The translations under genes and the position numbers were made by a program. From Humidesulfovibrio sp. (GTDB taxonomy: Bacteria; Desulfobacterota; Desulfovibrionia; Desulfovibrionales; Desulfovibrionaceae), in NCBI RefSeq assembly GCF_035560995.1, contig NZ_DATMYK010000186.1, positions 1 to 58,106 on the forward strand: DNA of 58,106 nucleotides, read 5' to 3'. Below, piece after piece: positions 16,558-26,911 of the stretch; the stretch's first letter is position 1; every line of letters begins with the position of its first letter. Below the pieces are notes generated by a model. That model did not search any database and was not told where the DNA came from. It saw only the letters and a program-made list of their open reading frames with translations.

Positions 16558-17942
16558 ACGTCCTGAACCCGGCCAGCGTCCTTGTCATCGAGGATGAGCC
16601 AATGCTGAGGCTCACCCTGGGAGACCACCTGCGCGACAGGGGCTTCGAGGTGTTCGAGGCCGCCGACGGCGAGGCAGGTCTCGCCCTCTTCCGCACGCAC
16701 TCCCCCTGCCTTGTCACCCTGGACTTGCGCATGGCCCCCATGGACGGACATGCGGTCCTGGCGGCAATCCGCCAGGAAGACCGCGACGTCCCAGTCATCA
16801 TCGTCTCCGGACAAGGGCAGATGGATGACGTCATCCTGGCCCTGCGTGCCGGAGCGTTCGACTACCTTCAGAAGCCCATTTATGACATGGCCATCCTGGA
16901 CCACGCCGTTGACCGCGCTCTGGAACGCCGCGCGCTCAGGCTCGGCAACGCAAGCCTTTCCCGCTCCTTCCTGGCCGATGGCCCGCAGCGGCCCGAGGAT
17001 TTCGCGCAACTCATCACCACCAGCACGCGCATGCGTGACATCTTCCGCTATTGCGAGGCCGTGGCCCAAAGCCCAGAGCCCGTGCTCATCACCGGCGAGA
17101 CGGGTGTGGGCAAGGAACTGCTGGCCCGGGCCCTGCACACTTCCAGCCGACGCACCGGCCCTTTCGTGGCGGTGAACGTCGCCGGGCTGGATGACCAGGC
17201 CTTTTCGGACACGCTTTTCGGTCATGTGCGCGGCGCCTTCACCGGGGCGGACCGCGCCCGCGAAGGTCTCATGGAACAGGCGGCCGGGGGCACGCTCTTT
17301 CTGGACGAGGTGGGCGACCTGGGGCAGCAAGCTCAGGTGCGCCTGCTGCGCGTGCTGCAGGAACGCGAATACCACCCCCTTGGCAGCGACGTCCTGAGAC
17401 CTCTGCGGGCGAGAATCCTCGCCGCCACCAACAGACGTATTGATGAACTGCGCGGTGACCATGGCTTCCGCAGCGATTTTTTCTACCGGCTGGCCACCCA
17501 TGCAGTGACCCTGCCCCCCCTGCGGGAACGCCCCGAGGACATCCCCTTACTCATGCAGCATTTTCTGATCGAGGCCTGCACCCCTCTGGGACGGCCCGTG
17601 CCGGACTGTCCGCCTGCCCTGCTTGCCCGGCTCAAGGCCTATTCCTTTCCGGGCAACGTGCGCGAGCTGAAGGCCATGGCCCACGACACCCTTGGTCGCT
17701 GCCCTGCCGGCCAACTGGGACCGGAGGCCTTCCGCGCACTGGCGGAAATTTCTGAGACGGAGGCGGTTGGCCCCGTGCCGCAGAATCCCTTCACCGACCT
17801 GCCGGTCTTGCCCAGCCTTCGCGCCGCGGCCTCCGCCCTGGTCGCGGAGGCCATGCACCGCGCCGGAGGCGTGCAAAAGGCAGCCGCTGCCCTCCTGGGC
17901 ATCAGCCCCCAGGCCTTGAACGAACGCTTGAAACGGCGCTAA
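16554..17942 (+). CDS. Sigma54-dependent response regulator (NtrC family)
   Basis: REC domain, GETGVGKE, GAFTGA, LFLDE, FPGNVREL, C-terminal Fis-type HTH. Confidence 0.96.
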   Translation: MNVLNPASVLVIEDEPMLRLTLGDHLRDRGFEVFEAADGEAGLALFRTHSPCLVTLDLRMAPMDGHAVLAAIRQEDRDVPVIIVSGQGQMDDVILALRAGAFDYLQKPIYDMAILDHAVDRALERRALRLGNASLSRSFLADGPQRPEDFAQLITTSTRMRDIFRYCEAVAQSPEPVLITGETGVGKELLARALHTSSRRTGPFVAVNVAGLDDQAFSDTLFGHVRGAFTGADRAREGLMEQAAGGTLFLDEVGDLGQQAQVRLLRVLQEREYHPLGSDVLRPLRARILAATNRRIDELRGDHGFRSDFFYRLATHAVTLPPLRERPEDIPLLMQHFLIEACTPLGRPVPDCPPALLARLKAYSFPGNVRELKAMAHDTLGRCPAGQLGPEAFRALAEISETEAVGPVPQNPFTDLPVLPSLRAAASALVAEAMHRAGGVQKAAAALLGISPQALNERLKRR

Positions 17943-17950
17943 GACCACAA

Positions 17951-18053
17951 TCAAGTTTTCCTGATCCCTTCAGGATTCCCTGATACCAGCATAACCGCCC
18001 GCCCCCACAGGGCAATCCCACCACACGCAGCGCATCAGCTCAAGATTTCCTGA
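17951..18053 (+). promoter_or_regulatory. Three upstream activator sites (TCA-N8-TGA)
   Basis: TCAAGTTTTCCTGA (17951), TCAGGATTCCCTGA (17970), TCAAGATTTCCTGA (18040). Confidence 0.7.
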
Positions 18054-18130
18054 GCGCCTTCAAACTACGCAGAATGCGCATTCGCGCATAACACGCCGGA
18101 ACAACTAAGTTTCAAACAAAAATTTCGTAC

Positions 18131-18146
18131 TGGCACGACTCTTGAG
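18131..18146 (+). promoter_or_regulatory. Sigma54 -24/-12 promoter (GA variant at -12)
   Basis: TGGCACG-ACTC-TTGA, downstream of the activator sites and upstream of the GAGGAGG RBS. Confidence 0.65.
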
Positions 18147-18183
18147 TAGTCCCGGACATTACCCCTGCAGAGGAGGTTCCCGG

Positions 18184-19227
18184 ATGGCAAGAATTCTGTG
18201 CATCGACGACGAGCCCATCATACGCATGTCCACCAGGGACTACCTGATGGACATGGGGCACGAGGTGTTCGAGGCCGCCAGCGGGGCCGAAGGAATTGCC
18301 CTGTTCCGCCGCCAGCGGCCGGACATCGTCTTCTCCGATCTGCGGATGCCCGGCGGCGACGGCTTCCTTGTTGTGGCCCATATGGCCGAAGAAGCCCCCG
18401 AGACGCCGGTCGTCATAATCTCCGGCACGGGCAGCCTGGACGAAGCCGTAAAGACCCTGCGCCTGGGCGCCTGGGATTATCTCACAAAGCCTCTGCACGA
18501 CATGGACCTGCTGGGGCAGACCGTGCAGAGGATGCTCACCAAGGCGAGCGAGCGCAGGGATGCAAACCAGTACCTGCTGTCTCTGGAGAGCAGGACCTAC
18601 ACGTTGGAGCGCGAGCTGCACGACTGGATCAACGGCCACCAGGACACCGTGCTGCGCCTGGAAGCGGCGCTCAAGACGAGCATCAGCTCCCTCAACCTCG
18701 CCCTGCGCGAAAAGGACCCCTACACGGCCGGGCACAACGAACGCGTCGCCAGCATCGCCGTGGACATAGGGAACGCCATGGGCCTTGGAGACAAGGCGCA
18801 GGACACGCTCATGCTGGCCGGCCGCCTGCACGACATCGGCAAAATCGGCGTTCCCCAGAACATCCTGAACAAGCGCAGTTTCCTGAATCCTGACGAGATC
18901 GTGCAGATCCGCAGCCATGTCACCGGCGGCTACCGCATTCTGGGCGAGATTCCCTTCGAAGGCCCGGTCGCCGAGGCGGTGCTCCAGCACCATGAACGTT
19001 ACGACGGCACCGGCTATCCCGATGGCCTTGCCGGCGAGTCCATCCTTCTGGAGGCGCGGATCCTGGCCGTGGCGGACGTCTACGAGGCCCTGTGCTCGGA
19101 CCGCCCGTACCGGGCCGGGCTCGGCCAGAACGATGCCGCCGACTACATTTTCAAAAACGCGGGCAAGCACTTTTGCCCGCAGTGCGTGGACGCCTTCAAG
19201 CTGGTCATTTCGAGGTCAAAAGCATGA
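18184..19227 (+). CDS. Response regulator with HD-GYP phosphodiesterase domain
   Basis: REC (CIDDE, SDLRMP), HDIGK, HHERYDGTGYP; GAGGAGG RBS before ATG 18184. Confidence 0.95.
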   Translation: MARILCIDDEPIIRMSTRDYLMDMGHEVFEAASGAEGIALFRRQRPDIVFSDLRMPGGDGFLVVAHMAEEAPETPVVIISGTGSLDEAVKTLRLGAWDYLTKPLHDMDLLGQTVQRMLTKASERRDANQYLLSLESRTYTLERELHDWINGHQDTVLRLEAALKTSISSLNLALREKDPYTAGHNERVASIAVDIGNAMGLGDKAQDTLMLAGRLHDIGKIGVPQNILNKRSFLNPDEIVQIRSHVTGGYRILGEIPFEGPVAEAVLQHHERYDGTGYPDGLAGESILLEARILAVADVYEALCSDRPYRAGLGQNDAADYIFKNAGKHFCPQCVDAFKLVISRSKA

Positions 19228-19463
19228 GGGAAGAAAACATGAAGTGCGCCAAGGCGGGCAGTCCGCTCCGCTCTGGCCAACGCTGCCAGCCGAAAGCGGA
19301 CAAAGCACCGGGGAATGCCCCCAGCGGGGATGTGCCCCGCGCGGTGGCCAGGGAGAACGGCAGCGGGGCGGGCGTTGGCTTCCGCACATATCTCGACGCC
19401 AGCATCCCAGCCCTGCAACTGATAGTCGACCAGGGCCTGCTGGCCCGGGAGGAGGCGGCATGA
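19224..19463 (+). CDS. Small hypothetical protein (79 aa)
   Basis: ATGA overlaps with both the upstream HD-GYP stop and the downstream cheW start. Confidence 0.55.
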   Translation: MREENMKCAKAGSPLRSGQRCQPKADKAPGNAPSGDVPRAVARENGSGAGVGFRTYLDASIPALQLIVDQGLLAREEAA

Positions 19464-19966
19464 ACGAAGCGGTCACAGTTGGCACCACGGACTCCCTGCT
19501 CCAACTCGTCACCTTCAAGGTGGCCGAGGAGGAATTCGGAGTGGACATCCTCTCCGTGCAAGAGATCATCCGCCACACGGGCATAACCAAGGTGCCCAGC
19601 GCACCGGCCTTTGTGGAGGGCATCCTGAACCTGCGCGGCAAGGTCATTCCCATCATCGACATGCGCAAGCGTTTCGGCCTCGCTTCCAAGGAGCCCGACT
19701 CCCACACGCGCATCGTGGTCTTCGCCCTGGAAAGCGGCGTCATCGGCTGCCTGGTGGATTCCGTATCCGAGGTGCTGCGCCTGCCTTCTTCCATGGTGGA
19801 CGCCGCGCCCGCCGTGGTTTCCGGCATGGACTCCAAGTACATCCGTGGAGTGGGCCGCCTGGGAGGCGAGCGCGACGGCCGCCTGCTCATCCTGCTCGAC
19901 TCCGACCAGGTGCTCACCATGGAAGAACTGGAAAACCTGCACGGGCAGGCGGCAAGCGTCCAATAG
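19460..19966 (+). CDS. cheW: Chemotaxis coupling protein CheW
   Basis: LQLVTF...FGVDILSVQEII...GILNLRGKVIPIID; GGAGG RBS. Confidence 0.95.
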   Translation: MNEAVTVGTTDSLLQLVTFKVAEEEFGVDILSVQEIIRHTGITKVPSAPAFVEGILNLRGKVIPIIDMRKRFGLASKEPDSHTRIVVFALESGVIGCLVDSVSEVLRLPSSMVDAAPAVVSGMDSKYIRGVGRLGGERDGRLLILLDSDQVLTMEELENLHGQAASVQ

Positions 19967-20035
19967 CGCAAAACCAGCCGCGCCGGGCATCGTCGGCGCT
20001 CCCACACCGCATAATCCCAGCCAGAGGAGGCCCAC

Positions 20036-21805
20036 ATGAACGCCCTGCGCAACCTGAAACTCCGCACCAAGCTGCTCGCCAGCTTTCTCACCGTCGCCCT
20101 GCTCACCCTTGCGGTGGGGACATACGGCAGCATCAAACTGCACCAGATCGACGACAACGACACCATGCTCTACGAACAGAACACCGTGCCCATAGGCCTG
20201 ATCGGCGAAGTCGGCACCAATTTCCAGCGCGTGCGCGCCAACGCCATGGAAGCCGTGCACACGAAAGACAAGGCGGCTTACGAGGCGTGCCTGGAACGCA
20301 TCAAGAAATTCCGGGCGGCCATCAACGTCAACTTGGACAAGTTCGAGAAGTTCATGACGCTTGAAACAGAGAAGGCAATCTTCGCCCAAACCCTGGAAGC
20401 CAGGAAGAAGTACGCCGAATCTCTCGACAAGGTCTTGCGTCTGGCCGAGGAAGGCAAAAAAGAGGAGGCGGCGGAACTGCTCTCCAAGGAAGCCCGGCTT
20501 GCCGCGCGCGACTATCAGGACGGCATCGACAAACTCATGAACGAGAACGTCGCCCAGGCCAAGCGCACCTCGGACGGCAACACCGCCACCGCCAACGCGG
20601 CCACGACCATGATGCTCGTCGTCATGGCCCTGTCCTTCATCGCCTCCATCGGCCTGGGCCTTCTGCTCACCGCCAACGTTTCCGCCCAGCTCGGCGAGGA
20701 TCCCGGCTACCTGGGCGAGGTGGCGGGCAAAATCGCCGGCGGCGACCTGGACGTGGCCTTCCGCGCCCAGAAGCGGCAGGGCGGCGTCTACGCCGTCATG
20801 CAGGACATGGTGAAGACCATGAAGGGCAAGATCGCCGAAGCCGAACAGAAGACCGCCGAGGCCGCCGAACAGGCCAGGCTGGCGCAGATCGCCACGGACG
20901 AGGCCAACGAGGCCAAGGCCAAGGCCGAGCGCGCCAAGGCCGAAGGCATGATCGCCGCCGCCCAGCAGCTGGAGAAGATCGTCGAAATCGTCAGCTCCGC
21001 CAGCGAGGAACTCTCCGCGCAGATCGAACAATCCAGCCGCGGCACCGAGATCCAGTCACAGCGCGTGGCCGAAACAGCCACCGCCATGGAAGAAATGAAC
21101 GCCACGGTCATCGAGGTGGCCAAGAACGCCTCCCAGGCCGCCGAGTCCTCCGGCAACGCCAGGAGCAAGGCCGCCGAGGGCGCCAAGGTGGTGGAGAAGG
21201 CCGTGGAGAGCATCACCGCCGTGCAGCAGAAGTCCGTGATCCTCAAGGAGGACATGGCCGTGCTGGGCAAGCAGGCCGAGGGCATCGGCCAGATCATGAA
21301 CGTCATTTCCGACATTGCCGACCAGACCAACCTGCTGGCGCTGAACGCGGCCATCGAGGCCGCCCGCGCGGGCGACGCCGGCCGGGGCTTTGCCGTGGTG
21401 GCCGACGAGGTGCGCAAGCTGGCGGAAAAGACCATGGCCGCAACCAAGGAAGTGGGCGAGGCCATCGGCGGCATCCAGCAGGGCGCGCGCAAGAACCTGG
21501 AAAACGTGGAGCACTCCGTGGGCACCATCGAGCAGGCCACCAGTCTGGCCAACCAGTCCGGCGCGGCACTGGAGGAGATCGTGACGCTGGTGGAGGTGTC
21601 CACCGACCAGGTGCGCTCCATCGCCGCCGCCAGCGAGCAGCAGTCCGCCGCCAGCGAGGAGATCAACCGCAGCATCGAGGACATCAATCGCATCTCCGGC
21701 GAAACCGCCAGCGCCATGAACCAGTCGGCGCAGGCCGTGGGTGAGCTTGCCAGCCAGGCGCAAACCTTGCGCGCGCTCATCGAAAAGATGAAGAGCGGCG
21801 CCTAG
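20036..21805 (+). CDS. Methyl-accepting chemotaxis protein (four-helix-bundle sensor)
   Basis: Two TM segments; [38 protein letters not shown] hairpin. Confidence 0.97.
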   Translation: MNALRNLKLRTKLLASFLTVALLTLAVGTYGSIKLHQIDDNDTMLYEQNTVPIGLIGEVGTNFQRVRANAMEAVHTKDKAAYEACLERIKKFRAAINVNLDKFEKFMTLETEKAIFAQTLEARKKYAESLDKVLRLAEEGKKEEAAELLSKEARLAARDYQDGIDKLMNENVAQAKRTSDGNTATANAATTMMLVVMALSFIASIGLGLLLTANVSAQLGEDPGYLGEVAGKIAGGDLDVAFRAQKRQGGVYAVMQDMVKTMKGKIAEAEQKTAEAAEQARLAQIATDEANEAKAKAERAKAEGMIAAAQQLEKIVEIVSSASEELSAQIEQSSRGTEIQSQRVAETATAMEEMNATVIEVAKNASQAAESSGNARSKAAEGAKVVEKAVESITAVQQKSVILKEDMAVLGKQAEGIGQIMNVISDIADQTNLLALNAAIEAARAGDAGRGFAVVADEVRKLAEKTMAATKEVGEAIGGIQQGARKNLENVEHSVGTIEQATSLANQSGAALEEIVTLVEVSTDQVRSIAAASEQQSAASEEINRSIEDINRISGETASAMNQSAQAVGELASQAQTLRALIEKMKSGA

Positions 21806-21829
21806 GACTGGCGCGGAGATGCGGCTTCA

Positions 21830-21863
21830 GCCCCCGCCGGATCTTGGTCTGGCGGGGGTTTTG
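21830..21863 (+). terminator. Terminator between convergent genes
   Basis: CCCCCGCCGGA-tcttgg-TCTGGCGGGGG followed by TTTT. Confidence 0.7.
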
Positions 21864-21867
21864 CGTT

Positions 21868-24800
21868 TCAGGCCCGCGTGCTGGCGGCAGGGCGTTCCAG
21901 GGGCAGGCGGATGCTGAAGCACGTGCCCTGCCCCGGGGCGCTCGTTACGCTCATGCGGCCCCGGTGGGTGCTGGTGACGATGAAGTAGGACACGGACAGC
22001 CCCAGCCCCGTGCCCTCGCCAACCGCCTTCGTGGTGTAGAATGGTTCGAAGACGCGGTTGAGCTGGTCCGCCGGGATGCCGGGGCCGTTGTCCCCCACTT
22101 CAAGCAGCGCCTCGCGCCCTGCCTTGGCCGTGCGCACGGTGATGACCGGATGCAAGACGCCTGCGCCGGCCATGGCCTGGGCCGCGTTGCGCAGAAGGTT
22201 CAGAAGCACCTGCTCGATTTCGGACGGAACACAGGGAATAAGGGGCAGCTCATCCGAGAGCTCAAGACGCACGTCAATCTGCCGGAAGTCGTACTTCTTC
22301 TTGAGGTCGTAGTCCTTCTCCGCCAGGGACAAGGCTTGGCGCACCAATGCGGACACGTCCTGATCCATGATGCCTGAGTCGCTGCGGCGGCTGAAGTTCA
22401 GCATGTGCCGCACGATGGCCGCTGCGCGTTGGCCGGCCTCGGCGATGCCCTCCAGGTAGCGGGCGATATTGCGCCGGTGCATGAATTCCTGGACCGTTTC
22501 CAGCTCCAGACCAAGCGCCTGGGCCTCTTTCTGGTTGGCTGGCAGCGCGGGGTCAAAACGGCGCTGCACCCCCTGCACCGACTGGGATATGATCCCCAGC
22601 GGGTTGTTGATCTCGTGCGCCATGCCGGCAGCCAATCCGCCAAGGGACATCATCTTCTCCGTCTGCACCATGGCCTGCTGCACCAGCTTTGTCTCCGTGA
22701 TGTCGCGCACCATGTTCAGGGAACAGTGCTCACCATTGATCTCTATGCCTTGGCATGAATTCAGGGCGTTGCGCAGACTGCCGTCCTTGCGGCGCATCAT
22801 GAACTCGTAGTCCGTCACCGATCCATACAGGCGCAACTGTCTTAAAAAGTCCGCCCGGCTTTCGAGGTCGTCCCACAGGCCCAGACTGTCGCCGTTACAT
22901 CCGACCACCTCGGCCCGCGAGTATCCGGTGAGCGGTTCAAAGGCGTCGTTCACGTCCAGAATGGTGCTGTCGCTCAGGCGGGCTATGGAGATGCTGTAGG
23001 GCGCCAAGTTGAAGATTCTGGAGAATTTCTCTTCGGAAAGACGCAGATTGTCCTCGGCCGCCTTGCGCTCGGAAATATCGCGCGTAAAAGCCAGAAGATA
23101 CAGGACATCGTCCAGGCGCATCGGCGCAAGCGCGGTCTCAACCTGTGTAATGCCGCCGTCGCCCTTACGGCACAGCCATTCGAAACGGGGCGACTCCCCG
23201 GCCTCGGCCTGGGCAAGCATGCGCAGCATCATCGCCGTGGTGTCTTCTCCGTTGGCCTGCACGGACGGGGAGAAATCCGCGGGAGTCCGGCCGATCAGCT
23301 CTTCCCGCGTGCAGCCGAGGAGTGCGGGCGCGCTTGGGTTGCAGTCCACGATGGTCGGTCCGTCCATCACCAGGATGGTGTCCTGGGCGGATTCGAAGAG
23401 CGTGCGGTACATCTTCTCCCTGGCGGCCAGGGCCAGCTCCGCCTGCTTGCGGGCGCTGATGTTCTGGATGATGCCCAGCATCTGCACCGGCCGGCCGTCG
23501 TCGCCGGATTCGAAGATGCCGCTGTCATGCACGTAGACATAGTGGCCGTCTTTGTGCCGCAGGCGATATTCCATGTCGAATTTCTCGCCGCTTTCGCAAA
23601 CCACGGCCAGCCAAGGCAAAACCTCCGACGCGTCGTCCGGGTGCAGCAGCCCTTCCCAAATCTGTATCGGGCCGTCCAACTCGTGCCGTTCGAAGCCGAG
23701 CACATCGCGCACGGCCCCTATCCACTCCATGCTGCCGGCCCGAAGGTCGTAGTCGTAGAAGATGTGCTGCGCCGCCGCGTTCACGATCTCGAAGCGCTGC
23801 GTCCAGAAGCGGAGCTCCCGTTCGTGCTCCTCGCGCCTGCTCAGATCCTCCAGCATGCCGTGCACGCTGGCGGGCCGCCCCTCGGCGTCGAACGCCAGCG
23901 AGGAGCTGAGAACGGCGGGCAGCGTGCTGCCGTCCTTGCGGCGGAGCAGCAATTCCCTGCGCACCCCGTTGGGAGAGGCCAGCAGCTCGGCCAGCACCTT
24001 GCCGCGCATGCCCTCTTCCGCATACAGAGAGTGCGGATCTGCGCCGAGGAGCTCGTCGCGGCTGTCGTAGCCGAGCATGCGCAGCAGCTCCGGGTTGACC
24101 TCCTCAATGTGTCCGCCGAACGTGGAAAGAAAGATGCCGAGCGGGGCGTTGTTGAAGATCGCGCTGAGCCGTTCCTCGCTTTCCATCAAGGCGTGCGAGG
24201 CTTCCTTCTGCGCGGTGATGTCCACGGTCATGCTGAGCAGGCTTGACTCGCCGGCGTAGGTGATGGGAACCGAGGAATAGAGCAGCTGTCTGGTGCTGCC
24301 GTCGGATCGCCGGGCAACCGCCTCCTGCCCGTGCAGGCCGCCTTGGGCAACAATGCGCAGCCGCAGGGCGCGGGCTTCCTCATTGGAAAGCACCGTAAGG
24401 GTGCTGGCGTCAAACCGGCCCAATTCCTCGCGGGTGATGCCCATGCCGCTGAGGAAGGCGCTGTTGGCCTCCAGGCACACGCCATCGGAAACGCGTTGGA
24501 CAACCATGGAGTACGGGGCGTTGTCGAAAATCGACCGAAACATGGCCTCGCTTTCCATGATGCGGACGCGCGCCTGTTCAAGCTCGGTGACGTCGAGCAG
24601 GATCCCCGCCAGTCCGCCTTCGCCGCCTTCGGTTTCCGGCAGGGGGCTGACGAGCAGCTGGAACGTGCCGCCAGAAAAGGGGACGTAGGCCTGGACTGTC
24701 TGGCCGCGCATGCTCTGGTCGAAGTACTCCCGCAGATCCGTGCGGTCGGGATACGCGTCGGTGAACTTCATGCCCACGCTGCCGCCCGGCGGGCGCTTGA

Positions 24801-25131
24801 CCAGATTCAGGCCCTGCCCTTCGGAAAGCAGCACCGTTTTGTCACGGTCGAGGATGAAAAAGATGGTGTTGGTGTGTCCCAGAATGGTGCGCAGCCCGGC
24901 ATCGCGCTTGAGCAGGGTCCGCTGCAGCCCTAGGCAGTGTTCCAGTTCTTCCGCTTTCGCCGCCAGCTGCCGCTGATGACGCTTTCTCTGCACAAGCAGG
25001 GTGACGAGCGCGGCCACGGCGATGCAACTGCTCACAAGGGTGAGGCCAAGCAAAAAGGCTGGCCCGGAAAGCCAGCCAGTGCCCAAGGACGCCATGTCCC
25101 AGAAGGTGTCGCTCAGGGGATGCGAGGCCAT
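21868..25131 (-). CDS. Multi-PAS sensor histidine kinase
   Basis: N-terminal TM, about six PAS/PAC repeats, AHEINNPL H-box, N/G1/F/G2 boxes. Confidence 0.95.
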   Translation of the reverse strand: MASHPLSDTFWDMASLGTGWLSGPAFLLGLTLVSSCIAVAALVTLLVQRKRHQRQLAAKAEELEHCLGLQRTLLKRDAGLRTILGHTNTIFFILDRDKTVLLSEGQGLNLVKRPPGGSVGMKFTDAYPDRTDLREYFDQSMRGQTVQAYVPFSGGTFQLLVSPLPETEGGEGGLAGILLDVTELEQARVRIMESEAMFRSIFDNAPYSMVVQRVSDGVCLEANSAFLSGMGITREELGRFDASTLTVLSNEEARALRLRIVAQGGLHGQEAVARRSDGSTRQLLYSSVPITYAGESSLLSMTVDITAQKEASHALMESEERLSAIFNNAPLGIFLSTFGGHIEEVNPELLRMLGYDSRDELLGADPHSLYAEEGMRGKVLAELLASPNGVRRELLLRRKDGSTLPAVLSSSLAFDAEGRPASVHGMLEDLSRREEHERELRFWTQRFEIVNAAAQHIFYDYDLRAGSMEWIGAVRDVLGFERHELDGPIQIWEGLLHPDDASEVLPWLAVVCESGEKFDMEYRLRHKDGHYVYVHDSGIFESGDDGRPVQMLGIIQNISARKQAELALAAREKMYRTLFESAQDTILVMDGPTIVDCNPSAPALLGCTREELIGRTPADFSPSVQANGEDTTAMMLRMLAQAEAGESPRFEWLCRKGDGGITQVETALAPMRLDDVLYLLAFTRDISERKAAEDNLRLSEEKFSRIFNLAPYSISIARLSDSTILDVNDAFEPLTGYSRAEVVGCNGDSLGLWDDLESRADFLRQLRLYGSVTDYEFMMRRKDGSLRNALNSCQGIEINGEHCSLNMVRDITETKLVQQAMVQTEKMMSLGGLAAGMAHEINNPLGIISQSVQGVQRRFDPALPANQKEAQALGLELETVQEFMHRRNIARYLEGIAEAGQRAAAIVRHMLNFSRRSDSGIMDQDVSALVRQALSLAEKDYDLKKKYDFRQIDVRLELSDELPLIPCVPSEIEQVLLNLLRNAAQAMAGAGVLHPVITVRTAKAGREALLEVGDNGPGIPADQLNRVFEPFYTTKAVGEGTGLGLSVSYFIVTSTHRGRMSVTSAPGQGTCFSIRLPLERPAASTRA

Positions 25132-25593
25132 TGGGCTACCCTTCCCTGCAATACATCCGTGTTGAGAACCGCCCGCGCGTTGGCATGACGTTCAAAAGCC
25201 GCCACAACAGCGAGCTGCCCATCGCCCCAGCCCACGCAATTGGCGCGGCCGCCCGCTCAACGCGTGCGCCCCTGTCCCGCCGGGTGGGCTTGCCGCACCG
25301 TAGCACAACACGTCCTGACAACTCAAACAACAAACGCACAGTGAAAGCAGGGCGGGCACAGCAGCAGCACTCTTGTCCCGTAGCTGCGCACAGCGATGCG
25401 CAAGGATTGCGCCAGCAGCATCCGGCACCAGAACATGCCCGTTTTGCAATTCATGACGAGGCTCCGCAGTGCCGCGACATCACCTTCACCACCACGCCAA
25501 GCGAGACGTGTTCCTCTGCACAACGCGGCACCTGGAGCGCGGCTACGCGGCCTTCCTGGCCAGCAGGCCGAAGCCCTGGTCCAGAATCCGTAA

Positions 25594-26679
25594 TCAGCCT
25601 TCTTCCTGCGCCCGGGTCCCAAGGCCGCGGGCCAGCGCCAGCAGGGCCTCCGCGTCCTCAAGACCCTCGATGAACCGCTGCGGAATGCCGGACAGGCCGG
25701 TCTGCGCGCCCACCAGAGCCCCGGCCAGCATGGCCCGCGCCATGTTCTGCCCGCCTCCGTTGATGGCGTGGAGCACGGCGGACTCGAAATCGTCCCTGAA
25801 CCTGGCGGCCAGGTAATAGGCCGCGGGCAGCTGGTGGTAGATGGCGCAGGGCATGCCGTACACCAGCGAAACCTTCCAGGCGGGCTCGATGCGGATGTCC
25901 GGGTCGGCCGCGGCCTGGGCCATGTAGGACGGCGAAAGCAGGGCGTCCGGCGAGGAGAAGCGCCCGGCGCGCGGCGGGTCCGGGTCGCCGGGCTGCGGCG
26001 GCTGCAGGTTGTCGCGCGTCACGGCGTGGAAGGGCAGCTCGCCCGTGTGCACCTGGTTCATGAGCTTGGCCGAGAGGTTGCGGTCCAGCGCAAAGCCCCG
26101 CACAAGCATGCCGAGCACCGCGCCATAGGCCACGGTGAGGGAGACCACCAGGTCGTCCGCCTGGGTCAGGACGGTGTTGGACGCCACTGCGGCTGCCAGC
26201 CGGCTGGGCTGGCGCGCATAGCGCACGGCAATGGCCAGGGTGCGTTCGATGGCCTCGGTGGTGTCCGCGTTGCCGCCGGTCCGCCCCCAGGGCAGGCCCT
26301 GCTGCACACGGCGGCGCCAGGCCTCGCGGATGGACTGGCTGGTGTACAGCCCCGGCCCGCTCACCGGGGTGCCGTCCAGCTGCGGAAACAGCTCCGTGTC
26401 CATGCGCCTGCAGAAGTCCGCCTCGTCATACCCGCCGCGCTCCACCAGCGATTCGAGCGTCAGCCGCAGGATGTGCCCGGCCTGGGACAGCTGCCCGGCC
26501 TTGAGCCCGTCGTGGTAGCGGCCCGGCTTGGGGTCGGTGTAGCCGTCGATCCACTCGCCGTAGTCGCGGCGCAGCTCCCGCAGGCTGTAGTACCAGTGCG
26601 GGCCAACGCCCAGGGCGTCGCCCACGAAGGCCCCCATGATCGCCCCTGCCGCGCGGTCCTGAACATCCGTCTTGGCCAT
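25594..26679 (-). CDS. ADP-ribosylglycohydrolase family protein
   Basis: GAIMGAFVGDALG N-terminus and AINGGGQNMARAMLAGALVGAQTG C-terminus; AGGAGG RBS before ATG 26679. Confidence 0.88.
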   Translation of the reverse strand: MAKTDVQDRAAGAIMGAFVGDALGVGPHWYYSLRELRRDYGEWIDGYTDPKPGRYHDGLKAGQLSQAGHILRLTLESLVERGGYDEADFCRRMDTELFPQLDGTPVSGPGLYTSQSIREAWRRRVQQGLPWGRTGGNADTTEAIERTLAIAVRYARQPSRLAAAVASNTVLTQADDLVVSLTVAYGAVLGMLVRGFALDRNLSAKLMNQVHTGELPFHAVTRDNLQPPQPGDPDPPRAGRFSSPDALLSPSYMAQAAADPDIRIEPAWKVSLVYGMPCAIYHQLPAAYYLAARFRDDFESAVLHAINGGGQNMARAMLAGALVGAQTGLSGIPQRFIEGLEDAEALLALARGLGTRAQEEG

Positions 26680-26911
26680 GTGCGCCTCCTGTGCCTTTCC
26701 GTTCGATGCACGACGCCGGGAACCGGCCGTCAACCTCCGCATAGCACGGCTGGCACGAAAAGCGCCAGGACCGTTGTGCGGGCAGGCCCCGCCAAGGATG
26801 GCGATTGCCAATCCCAACCGGCTCGTATACTGGGATGAATGGGCGGGCCTTCATCCATCGGCAAGGCCGGCCCACTCCTGAAACGCGCCGATGGAACTGC
26901 GAGAAGACGCA

